34,041 bases of DNA. Origin: a bacterium. Its GTDB lineage: Bacteria > Zhuqueibacterota > Zhuqueibacteria > Oceanimicrobiales > Oceanimicrobiaceae. The stretch spans positions 782 to 34,822 of the forward strand of contig JBBIIG010000023.1 in the NCBI GenBank assembly GCA_037446635.1, written 5' to 3'. Both the position numbers and the translations under genes were made by a program. Each line of letters starts with the position of its first letter. Within the stretch, counting starts at the first letter, position 1. The notes beneath the pieces are model-generated. The model was not told the DNA's origin. It made no database searches and worked only from the letters and a program-made list of their open reading frames with translations. Positions 17,908 through 25,694 of this stretch are shown here, one piece after another.

Positions 17908-17940
17908 AACCTTGTCAGGGTTCGGAACCCTGACAGGGTT
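17908..17940. repeat. REP-like palindrome, with a partial second copy at 3744-3756
   Basis: AACCTTGTCAGGGTT-cgg-AACCCTGACAGGGTT. AACCCTGTCAGGG also occurs at 3744. Confidence 0.7.
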
Positions 17941-17957
17941 AAGCCGGACGAATTGAA

Positions 17958-18362
17958 ATGAGAGCAAATACTACGCAAAAAACCGTGAAACTATTTAAGG
18001 CGCTGGCCGACGAAAACCGGGTGCGCATTTTAAAGATGCTCGAGACGCGGGGGCTGTACGTCTGCGAAATTACGGAGACGCTGCGCCTGGCGCTTTCCAC
18101 GGTTTCCAAGCATTTGTCTATTTTGCGCGATGCCGGCTTCATTGTGGACGAAAAGGAGGGCCGCTGGGTGCGCTGTCGTCTCAACCGCGAACCCGACGAT
18201 CCATGCGTACAAGAACTGCTTCGCATGGTGGCTCGCTGGCTTCCAACCGACGAAACGGACACGGTTGAGTTGGCGCGCGTTCTCGCCTGCCGCACAGAGC
18301 GGCGCTGTCAGAGTGAAAACTTACTCGTGGAAATGTTGGATGATCCGTTCACCTTATCGTGA
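17958..18362 (+). CDS. arsR: Second ArsR/SmtB-family repressor
   Basis: FKALADENRVRILKML, LYVCEI and STVSKHLSILRDAG. Clear paralogue of 7614..7982. Confidence 0.88.
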   Translation: MRANTTQKTVKLFKALADENRVRILKMLETRGLYVCEITETLRLALSTVSKHLSILRDAGFIVDEKEGRWVRCRLNREPDDPCVQELLRMVARWLPTDETDTVELARVLACRTERRCQSENLLVEMLDDPFTLS

Positions 18363-18374
18363 GGAAGATAAAAT

Positions 18375-19163
18375 ATGGAAGGTATCAAGAGTATTGCATT
18401 CATCGGCGGTGGCCGCATCACGTATCTGTTGCTGTATGCATTAAAGAAACGCAACGCGCTGCCGGGTCAGGTTGTGGTTGCCGACCCCAACACGGGCGTT
18501 CTTGAAAAAGTAAAAGCGATCGCGCCCAATGCCATCACCTGCACTTCAAACAATGGCGAAGCCGCCGCGGCGAACGTGATCTTTCTGGCGGTTCATCCGC
18601 CGGTAGCGCCGCAGGTGCTTGAAGAGCTGCGCGGAAAAATTGGCGCATCGACGACGCTGGTGTCGCTCGTCCCGACGATTTCATTGAACCGCTTGAACTC
18701 GACTCTCGGCAGCAACCGTCTCGTGCGGATGATCCCTAACGCGCCCTCGATCATCCATCAAGGGTACAATCCGGTGGCGTTTCACCCGTCGGTAACGTCA
18801 GAGGAGAAATCGCGCTTGCTGCAAATGTTCAGTCATTGGGGCGCGGCGCCGGAAGTGGATGAGAAGCTGCTGGAGGCGTACGCCGTTATCGCCGCGATGG
18901 GGCCGACCTATTTCTGGTTTCAATGGCTTGAGCTGCAGCGGTTGGCGGTGGAATTTGGGATGAAGGACGACGCGGCGAAAGCGGCACTCGCCGGCATGTT
19001 GCACGGCGCCGTGGACACGTTATTCCATTCCGATCTGTCGCCGACTGAAGTTCTCGACCTGATACCGGTGCATCCGCTGAAGGAGAATGAAAAGGCTGTT
19101 CGTGAAATCTTTTCCGGGAAATTGGGCGGGTTGTATCGCAAGCTCAGCGAGGCAACGAAATAA
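18375..19163 (+). CDS. Pyrroline-5-carboxylate reductase-like NAD(P)-binding oxidoreductase
   Basis: IAFIGGGRI Rossmann motif, FLAVHP, RMIPNAP and AMGPTY. Confidence 0.8.
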   Translation: MEGIKSIAFIGGGRITYLLLYALKKRNALPGQVVVADPNTGVLEKVKAIAPNAITCTSNNGEAAAANVIFLAVHPPVAPQVLEELRGKIGASTTLVSLVPTISLNRLNSTLGSNRLVRMIPNAPSIIHQGYNPVAFHPSVTSEEKSRLLQMFSHWGAAPEVDEKLLEAYAVIAAMGPTYFWFQWLELQRLAVEFGMKDDAAKAALAGMLHGAVDTLFHSDLSPTEVLDLIPVHPLKENEKAVREIFSGKLGGLYRKLSEATK

Positions 19164-19169
19164 AAGGCA

Positions 19170-19311
19170 ATGGTTCCAATCATGACTGCTCAAGAAATTC
19201 TTCAAACCAAAAAAGTATTTGCCCTGATCGGCGCGACGTCGGATAGGTGGAAATGCGGCTACCAGGTGCTGGCCACTTTGATCGAGACCGGCTACACCGT
19301 TCTGCCGATCA
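19170..19311 (+). pseudogene. CoA-binding protein (YccU-like), N-terminal fragment
   Basis: ILQTKKVFALIGAT...KCGYQVLATLIETGYTVLPI; similarity stops abruptly where 'PINP' is expected. Confidence 0.75.
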
Positions 19312-19530
19312 CGGGAAGCCATCCTCGAAGCCGCTCCGTTGCGGGTGCGCCCAATTTTGATGACACAAGCAACGACAATACTTGGCCTGCTGCCGCTGGC
19401 GATCAACTGGGGCGAAGGCGGCGACATGCTGCAGCCCATGGCGGTGGCGGTGATCGGCGGGTTGTTTTTCTCATTATTGGTGACGCTGCTGTTGTTGCCG
19501 AGCTTGTATTTTATGTTTGAGAGAAGGTAA
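19312..19530 (+). pseudogene. RND (AcrB/CzcA-family) efflux permease, C-terminal fragment only
   Basis: REAILEAAPLRVRPILMT...LGLLPLA...PMAVAVIGGL...TLLLLPSLY corresponds to the last two TMs of an RND pump. Confidence 0.88.
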
Positions 19531-19741
19531 ACGGAGCTGGACTTGTGCAATCTGATTGTAAAAAGTCAACAAACCTCATGAGCAGGTCCGGTTTCATTGT
19601 AATACCATCAGGCCAGACTGTTGTGCCAAACCCGCGGTACTAACCAGCTACAAAGGAGGTGATGCCTTTGCAGGATTGAAAAGGTGGTGACGGTTAAATT
19701 TGAAGAGTGTTTGAATTGACAAAATCACACAGGAGGAAATT

Positions 19742-20857
19742 ATGTCTCAAACTTTGACACGTAAAGAATTCATCACCAGTGCGGCAAAGTATGCAGCGGG
19801 CATTTCGGCGGGCGTCGCAGGACTCAGCTTGCTTTCACCGGAAAAAACCAAAGCGACGGTTCAGCAATACACTTGGCCGTGGCCCTATCAGAAACTCGAT
19901 CCGGAACATGTGCGCGTGTTGGGGCACGATAGCTTTTGGGAAAAAGCCTGCTCGTATGCGGCGTTCAAAGGCATCATTCATGCTCTGGCCGAGACGGTTG
20001 GCGAGCCCTTCACGTTGATGCCGCCGGAAATCATGATTTTCGGGCACGGCGGCGGCGCGGGTTGGGGAACCCTCTGCGGCGCGTTGAATGGCGCTTCGGC
20101 GGCCATCTGTTTGGTCACCGACAAAGAAACGTCCGACAAGCTCATCAACGAGCTGATTGGCTGGTACACGCAGACGGAATTTCCCACCGACAAGAGCAAC
20201 GAGTATGCAGTGAATCATGTTTTTGTGGACCAGCGTTATGATCAGGCGCTCCCTCAGAGCCTGTGCGGATCACCGCTCTGTCATGCCTCGGTCACAGAGT
20301 GGTGCATCGCCTCAGGCTTCAAAGTGTCGGATACCGAACGCAAAGAGCGCTGCGCCAGACTCGCTGGTGATGTCGCGGCTTATGCCGTCGAGTTGCTGAA
20401 CCAACATTTTGACAGCGTGTTCACGCCCATCTACGTCCCGCCAGAATCCATTGCGGCCTGCATGAGTTGTCACGGCGCGAGTTTTCAAAATAATGTTGCC
20501 GCGAAGATGGAGTGCATGCAATGTCACGGCGATCCGCATGCGACGACTGCTGTTGAAGAGATGCCAGGCGTGCCCGCTTCGTTCAGCCTGGAGCAAAACT
20601 ACCCCAATCCGTTTAATCCGGGAACGAGCATTCAATTCTCGGTGGCCAACGCCGAAAAGGTTGATCTCGCGATTTATGATATTCGAGGTCGCTTGGTGCG
20701 CACATTGGTGGATCACGAATTGTATTCACCGGGGCAGTACACCCTGAGTTGGGACGGCACGGACAACCACGGGCGGCGAGTCGCCAGCGGCGTTTACTTC
20801 ACCAAGATGCAAGCGGGAAAATTTGTTGCCACACGCAAAATGTCGATGGTGAAGTAA
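19742..20857 (+). CDS. Split-Soret cytochrome c-like protein (C-GCAxxG-C-C family, two CxxCH) fused to a T9SS/FlgD-type C-terminal domain
   Basis: Tat-like LTRKEFI signal; GWGTLCGALNG, SPLCHASV, ERKERC; CMSCH and CMQCH; then FSLEQNYPNPFNP...IYDIRGRLV...WDG...SGVYF...RKM. Confidence 0.82.
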   Translation: MSQTLTRKEFITSAAKYAAGISAGVAGLSLLSPEKTKATVQQYTWPWPYQKLDPEHVRVLGHDSFWEKACSYAAFKGIIHALAETVGEPFTLMPPEIMIFGHGGGAGWGTLCGALNGASAAICLVTDKETSDKLINELIGWYTQTEFPTDKSNEYAVNHVFVDQRYDQALPQSLCGSPLCHASVTEWCIASGFKVSDTERKERCARLAGDVAAYAVELLNQHFDSVFTPIYVPPESIAACMSCHGASFQNNVAAKMECMQCHGDPHATTAVEEMPGVPASFSLEQNYPNPFNPGTSIQFSVANAEKVDLAIYDIRGRLVRTLVDHELYSPGQYTLSWDGTDNHGRRVASGVYFTKMQAGKFVATRKMSMVK

Positions 20858-21261
20858 ATTTTAAACCGGCTGCCCGATTTAATCAAAACAACTTGTATGA
20901 TGAATCGGGCGTCCTGATCAATTCCGTCTTCAACTTTGCGAGATGATGGTTCAATCCGGGCGCCTGAATTTCCAGAATTATTCGCGGCGCCCGGATTTCA
21001 TTTCCCACTAACCATGAATTCCCACAATTGAGAATTGCGGAGGATAACATTCTCAGGTGTGGGAATTTGTTTTTGAAGCTCAGAACTTTTCGCAACCTCT
21101 ATAAATACTGTAGAATCTATGCATAGCTGAAGGCACAGAACCCCTCAGTATTTGTGGCATTTCTTTTGATCCTCAGCAATCCAATTTAACATTCCATCCC
21201 CATTTAGGAATTGACGACTTTCCTTTAATCTTTTGGATTTAAATTCTAAGGAGCAAAAATT

Positions 21262-22164
21262 ATGGCTCAAGAACAAAAGTCCAATTTAACCCGCAGGGCA
21301 TTTTTCAAACTGACGAGCAGCGCCGCCGCGGGGTTGGCGGCGGTAACGGCGTTGCTTGCCAGTTCCCGGAAATCACGGCCGGTGGGCCCGCCTTATTCCA
21401 TTACGGAATTTAACGGCGTCAGCGAAACCGTGCGCATGCACAACGACCTGCAGCGCGCGCTTGCCAAAAAGCCGGAAGAGCGGCGCTGGGCGATGGTCAT
21501 CGACACGCGGCGCTGTATCGGCTGCAACGCCTGCACCGCGGCTTGCATCGCCGAAAACAATCTGCCGCCGGGGGTGATGTATCGCACCGTGCCGGAAATC
21601 GAAAGCGGCGAATTTCCCGACGTGCAGCGTCACTTCATGCCTACCAACTGCATGCAGTGCGACAACGCGCCGTGCATCGAGGCCGCCAACAAAATCATTC
21701 CCGGCGCCATGTTCAAACGGCCCGATGGCATCGTCGAAATTGACTACACCAAAATGAGAGGCCGCGAAGTTTTCGAGGCCGCCAAGAGCGCCTGCCCCTA
21801 CACCGCGCTTTATTTTGATGAAGGGAAAAATTACACCGATGGCACGCCGGCGGTGCAGCCGTATGAAAAACGCAGCGTCAACGAATATGACAAAACCTGG
21901 ACGCGCCTGCAAACCGCTGGTTCGACGCGCAAATGCCATTTCTGCACGCAGCGCCTCGCGGCCGGACAACTGCCGGCGTGTGTCGCCACCTGCACCGGAC
22001 TGGCAATGCACTTCGGCGATTTGAACGATCCCGAAAGTCTCGTGGCGCAAATGATGCAATCGAATCGCCTCATGCGGCTGGAAGAAAGTCAGGGCACGGA
22101 GCCGCGGGTGTTTTATTTAGCGGCTCAGCCGGAGGAAAGCTGCATGACGTGCCATTCATTTTAA
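21262..22164 (+). CDS. TtrB/NrfC/DmsB-family Fe-S subunit with a Tat signal, three clusters and a C-terminal CxxCH
   Basis: LTRRAFFK; WAMVID..CIGCNACTAAC; CMQCDNAPC; ACPY; KCHFC..PACVATC; FGDLNDP; GTEPRVFY; CMTCH. Confidence 0.9.
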   Translation: MAQEQKSNLTRRAFFKLTSSAAAGLAAVTALLASSRKSRPVGPPYSITEFNGVSETVRMHNDLQRALAKKPEERRWAMVIDTRRCIGCNACTAACIAENNLPPGVMYRTVPEIESGEFPDVQRHFMPTNCMQCDNAPCIEAANKIIPGAMFKRPDGIVEIDYTKMRGREVFEAAKSACPYTALYFDEGKNYTDGTPAVQPYEKRSVNEYDKTWTRLQTAGSTRKCHFCTQRLAAGQLPACVATCTGLAMHFGDLNDPESLVAQMMQSNRLMRLEESQGTEPRVFYLAAQPEESCMTCHSF

Positions 22165-22256
22165 GCGCAGTTTGTAGTAGTGCCTTTAGGCACCGACACT
22201 GAAGGGGCTATGAAAAACTACTTTTGAGATGTTGTCACTTTCTGGAGGTGAAAAAA

Positions 22257-25200
22257 ATGAAACCCAAAATAGATCAACCCAACGGCCAATCCCGTCGCGA
22301 ATTTTTGAAAACCTCGGCGCTGCTCGGCGGCAGCGCCGCGTTCCTTTCGCAAGCAGTGTGGTGCGAAAAACTGTTTGCCGCCGCCGAAGCAGGAATGCTC
22401 TCCGCTGCCGACACCTACGATCTGGCCAAACCGGAAAACATGCTGCAAACGGTTTGCTTGCAGTGCAACACCGGCTGCGGCATTCGCGTGAAGCTGATGA
22501 ACGGCGTCGCGGTGAAAATCGACGGCAATCCCTACAACCCGTGGACATTGGTGCCGCCCATCGATTACAAGACGCCACTCGCCGACTCAGCTAAACTCGA
22601 AGGCGCGCTTTGCCCGAAAGGCCAATCCGGCGTGCAGACGCTCTACGATCCGTATCGCATTGTCAAAATCTTGAAGCGCGCCGGTAAGCGCGGCGAAAAT
22701 CGCTGGGTGAGCATCTCGTTCGAGCAGGCCGTCAATGAAATCGTCAACGGCGGTTTGCTCTTCAAAAACGTCAAAGGCGAAGAGAATCGCCGCGTCACCG
22801 GCTTGAAAGAATTGTGGGCGCTGCGTGATCCGAAGCTCGCAGCCGACATGGGCAAAGCCATCGACGAGATTCGTCACAAAAAAACGCCGGAAGAAAAGAA
22901 AGCGGCAGTGGAGGAATTCAAAAAGAAATTTGCCGCACATCTCCATTTGCTCATCGACCCCGAGCATCCCGATCTCGGCCCGAAGAACAATCAGGTGAGT
23001 TTCGTTTGGGGCCGCGTCAAAGCCGGCCGCTCGGAGTTCATCAAGCGCTTCATCAGCGAATCGTTCGGCTCCACCAATGCGCATGGCCACACGACTGTCT
23101 GCCAAGGCTCGCTCTATTTCACCGGCAAGGCGATGAGCGATCAATTCGTCGAAGGCAAATTTTCCGGCGGCCAAAAATTTTACTGGCAGGCGGATACCAG
23201 CAACGTGGATTTTCTCCTGGCTATCGGCTCGTCGTACCTCGAAGGCGGCTACGGCCCGACGCATCACGCGCGCAAGCTCATGCAACGCCTCGTCGAAGGC
23301 AAGGTCAAAATCGCCGTGGTCGATCCGCGCTTCTCGAAGATTGCAGCGAAGGCTTACAAATGGGTGCCGGCCAAGCCCGGCTCCGAAGCCGCGCTGGCGC
23401 TCGGCATGATGCGCTGGATCATCGAGCAAAAAAGATTCGATGAAAAATTTCTCAGCGCCGCCAACAAAGCCGCGGCCAAAGCTGCGGGCGAGCAATCGTG
23501 GACCAACGCCGCGTGGCTGGTGAAGGAAGACGGCGCGTTCCTGCGCGCCTCGGAAATCGGTTTGGCGCCAAAAGAAAAGCGGCAAACGAAAGACGGCAAA
23601 GAGTGGGAATTCGATCCGTTCGTCATTCTTGCCAAAGGCCAACCGCTCGCGTTCGATCCGAATGATGAGAAGAATGCGGCCGCCGGCGACGTGCTGGTCA
23701 ACACCACCGTTGGCGGCATCAAAGTGAAAAGCAGTCTGCAAATCATCTATGAATCCGCCGCTTCAAAGACGATTGAAGAGTGGGCGGAAGTCTGCGGCAT
23801 CTCTGCGGATGACATTGTTGAGCTGGCGCGCGAATTCACCTCGCACGGCAAGCGCGCGGTGGCGGATCCGCATCGTGGCGTCTCGCAACACACCAATGGT
23901 TTTTACAACGTGCTCGCGGTTTATTGTTTGAATGCGCTTATCGGCAATTGGGATTGGAAGGGCGGACTCATCAAAGCTTCCACCTACAACATTCTCGGCG
24001 AGAAGGAAGGCCAGCCGTTCGCGCTCGGCAAAATGCATCCGGCGAAGCTCAAGCCGTTCGGTCTCAGCATTATTCGCCACGATGCGAAATACGAAGAGTC
24101 CACGATTTTCTCCGGCTATCCGGCCAGGCGCAACTGGTATCCGTTCTCCAGCGATGTGTATCAGGAAATCATTCCTTCCATTGGCGATGCTTATCCTTAC
24201 CCAACGAAAGTGCTGTTCACGTACATGGCAGCGCCGACCTATTCACTTCCCGGCGGACAAACCAACATCGAGATTCTCAGCGATCCCAACAAGATTCCGC
24301 TGGTGATTGCCTCGGACATCACCATCGGCGAAACCTCGATGTATGCCGATTATATTTTTCCGGATTTGACGTATTTGGAGCGCTGGGAATTTCACGGCAG
24401 CCATCCGAGCATTCCGCAAAAGGTGCAGCCGGTGCGCAACCCGGCAGCCGCGCCGGTGACAGAGTCCGTGACCGTGTTTGGCGAGAAACTGCCGATTTCT
24501 CTCGAAAGCATGATTCTCGCGATTGCGGAGAAAATGGGCTTGCCCGGTTTCGGGCCGAACGGCTTAGGTGAAAATCAAGCGTTGGTTCGTCCCGAAGATT
24601 TTTATTTGAAGATGGTGGCGAACATTGCCGCGGGCGACAAGCCCGGCGACGCGGTGCCCGATGCCGATGACGCGGAGCTGCAACTCTTTCTCGATGCGCG
24701 CCGTCATTTGCCGCCAACGGTTTTCGATCCGGTGAAATGGCAGCAAGCGGTTGGCGAGGCAAATTGGAAGAAAGTCGTGTACGTGCTCAATCGCGGCGGC
24801 CGTTATCAGGATTATGAGAAAGCGTACGACGGCGAAAAGTTTGCTAACAAGTATGGCCAGCTTATCAATGTGTATTTGGAAAAATATGCGAAGGCCAAAT
24901 CGCCGATGACCGGAAAGAAGCTTTTCGGCTATCCGGTTTATCAGCCGGTGATGGATGTATTGGGCCGCGAGATTCACGACGAGCAGGAAGGCTTTGATTT
25001 GAATCTCATCACCTACCGCGTGGTGACGCAAACCAAATCACGCACGGTTGCCGATTATTGGCTCAACGCCATTCAACCCACAAATGAAATTCTCCTCAAC
25101 AGCCAGGATGCCAGTCGCCTCGGTTTAAGCGAGGGCGATAAAGTGAAGATCGTTTCGAAGTCGAACCCCGACGGCATGTGGGATTTGAAGAACGGCACGT

Positions 25201-25469
25201 TCAAGCCGATGATTGGCGAGGTGAAAGTCATCGAAGGCATTCGTCCCGGCGTGATTGCGTTTTCGCTCGGCAAGGGCCACTGGGCTTATGGCTCATCGGA
25301 TGTGCGCATCGATGGCAAGATCGTCAAAGGCGATGCCCGGCGCGCCACCGGCATTCACGCCAACGCCGCGATGCGGTTGGATGATCATTTGAAGAACACG
25401 TGTTTGATCGACCCGGTGGGCGGCAGTGTGAGTTTTTATGATACGAGGGTGAGGGTGGTGAAGATTTGA
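22257..25469 (+). CDS. Mo/W-bisPGD oxidoreductase catalytic subunit, tetrathionate reductase (TtrA/SrdA)-like clade
   Basis: RBS GGAGGT, Tat SRREFLK, FS0 motif CLQCNTGC...CPKG, YDPYR, HGHTTVCQG (Cys Mo ligand), ADYIFPD and a C-terminal molybdopterin-dinucleotide domain; 1070 aa. Confidence 0.88.
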   Translation: MKPKIDQPNGQSRREFLKTSALLGGSAAFLSQAVWCEKLFAAAEAGMLSAADTYDLAKPENMLQTVCLQCNTGCGIRVKLMNGVAVKIDGNPYNPWTLVPPIDYKTPLADSAKLEGALCPKGQSGVQTLYDPYRIVKILKRAGKRGENRWVSISFEQAVNEIVNGGLLFKNVKGEENRRVTGLKELWALRDPKLAADMGKAIDEIRHKKTPEEKKAAVEEFKKKFAAHLHLLIDPEHPDLGPKNNQVSFVWGRVKAGRSEFIKRFISESFGSTNAHGHTTVCQGSLYFTGKAMSDQFVEGKFSGGQKFYWQADTSNVDFLLAIGSSYLEGGYGPTHHARKLMQRLVEGKVKIAVVDPRFSKIAAKAYKWVPAKPGSEAALALGMMRWIIEQKRFDEKFLSAANKAAAKAAGEQSWTNAAWLVKEDGAFLRASEIGLAPKEKRQTKDGKEWEFDPFVILAKGQPLAFDPNDEKNAAAGDVLVNTTVGGIKVKSSLQIIYESAASKTIEEWAEVCGISADDIVELAREFTSHGKRAVADPHRGVSQHTNGFYNVLAVYCLNALIGNWDWKGGLIKASTYNILGEKEGQPFALGKMHPAKLKPFGLSIIRHDAKYEESTIFSGYPARRNWYPFSSDVYQEIIPSIGDAYPYPTKVLFTYMAAPTYSLPGGQTNIEILSDPNKIPLVIASDITIGETSMYADYIFPDLTYLERWEFHGSHPSIPQKVQPVRNPAAAPVTESVTVFGEKLPISLESMILAIAEKMGLPGFGPNGLGENQALVRPEDFYLKMVANIAAGDKPGDAVPDADDAELQLFLDARRHLPPTVFDPVKWQQAVGEANWKKVVYVLNRGGRYQDYEKAYDGEKFANKYGQLINVYLEKYAKAKSPMTGKKLFGYPVYQPVMDVLGREIHDEQEGFDLNLITYRVVTQTKSRTVADYWLNAIQPTNEILLNSQDASRLGLSEGDKVKIVSKSNPDGMWDLKNGTFKPMIGEVKVIEGIRPGVIAFSLGKGHWAYGSSDVRIDGKIVKGDARRATGIHANAAMRLDDHLKNTCLIDPVGGSVSFYDTRVRVVKI

Positions 25470-25591
25470 TATTTTGAAGATGTAATACTTACCGTGCTGA
25501 AAATTTGTCGTCGGTGGCTCAGCGCCAGAACGCGAGGGGTCGTTTCAAACCCGTTTTCTGATTGAGTTCGGAAGTTGAACTGAGGCATTAA

Positions 25592-25618
25592 GCCCCCGGA
25601 TTTTTCCGGGGGTTTTTT
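25592..25618 (+). terminator. Intrinsic terminator after the molybdoenzyme operon
   Basis: GCCCCCGGA-tttt-TCCGGGGG followed by TTTTTT. Confidence 0.8.
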
Positions 25619-25694
25619 GTTGCTTCTAATTTTTGTTTGACTCATACCCAGAATAATATTAGATTCAAAAAAAAATTTTTGGTTTACTCTTAGA

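Noticed and set aside
19170..19520. 116-aa ORF as an intact gene
   Set aside because: It is a chimera: the sequence after codon ~47 is an out-of-frame reading of an RND remnant.
21155..21170. Sigma-54 promoter TGGCAT-N5-TTGAT upstream of the Fe-S gene
   Set aside because: The -12 element is GA rather than the near-invariant GC, and no activator gene is nearby. Too weak to call.
22587..23741. 384-aa minus-strand ORF, and similar long antisense ORFs at 11420..12124, 21373..22059, 26631..27806 and 29990..30655
   Set aside because: These are antisense shadows of well-supported genes with GC-rich codon bias, with no motifs or RBS.
22257..25469. Canonical ArrA, ArxA or AioA arsenic oxidoreductase
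   Set aside because: The length (~1070 aa) and the HGHTTVCQG region fit the TtrA-like clade better. There is no Rieske subunit as for Aio. The substrate cannot be assigned from sequence, so no gene symbol is given.
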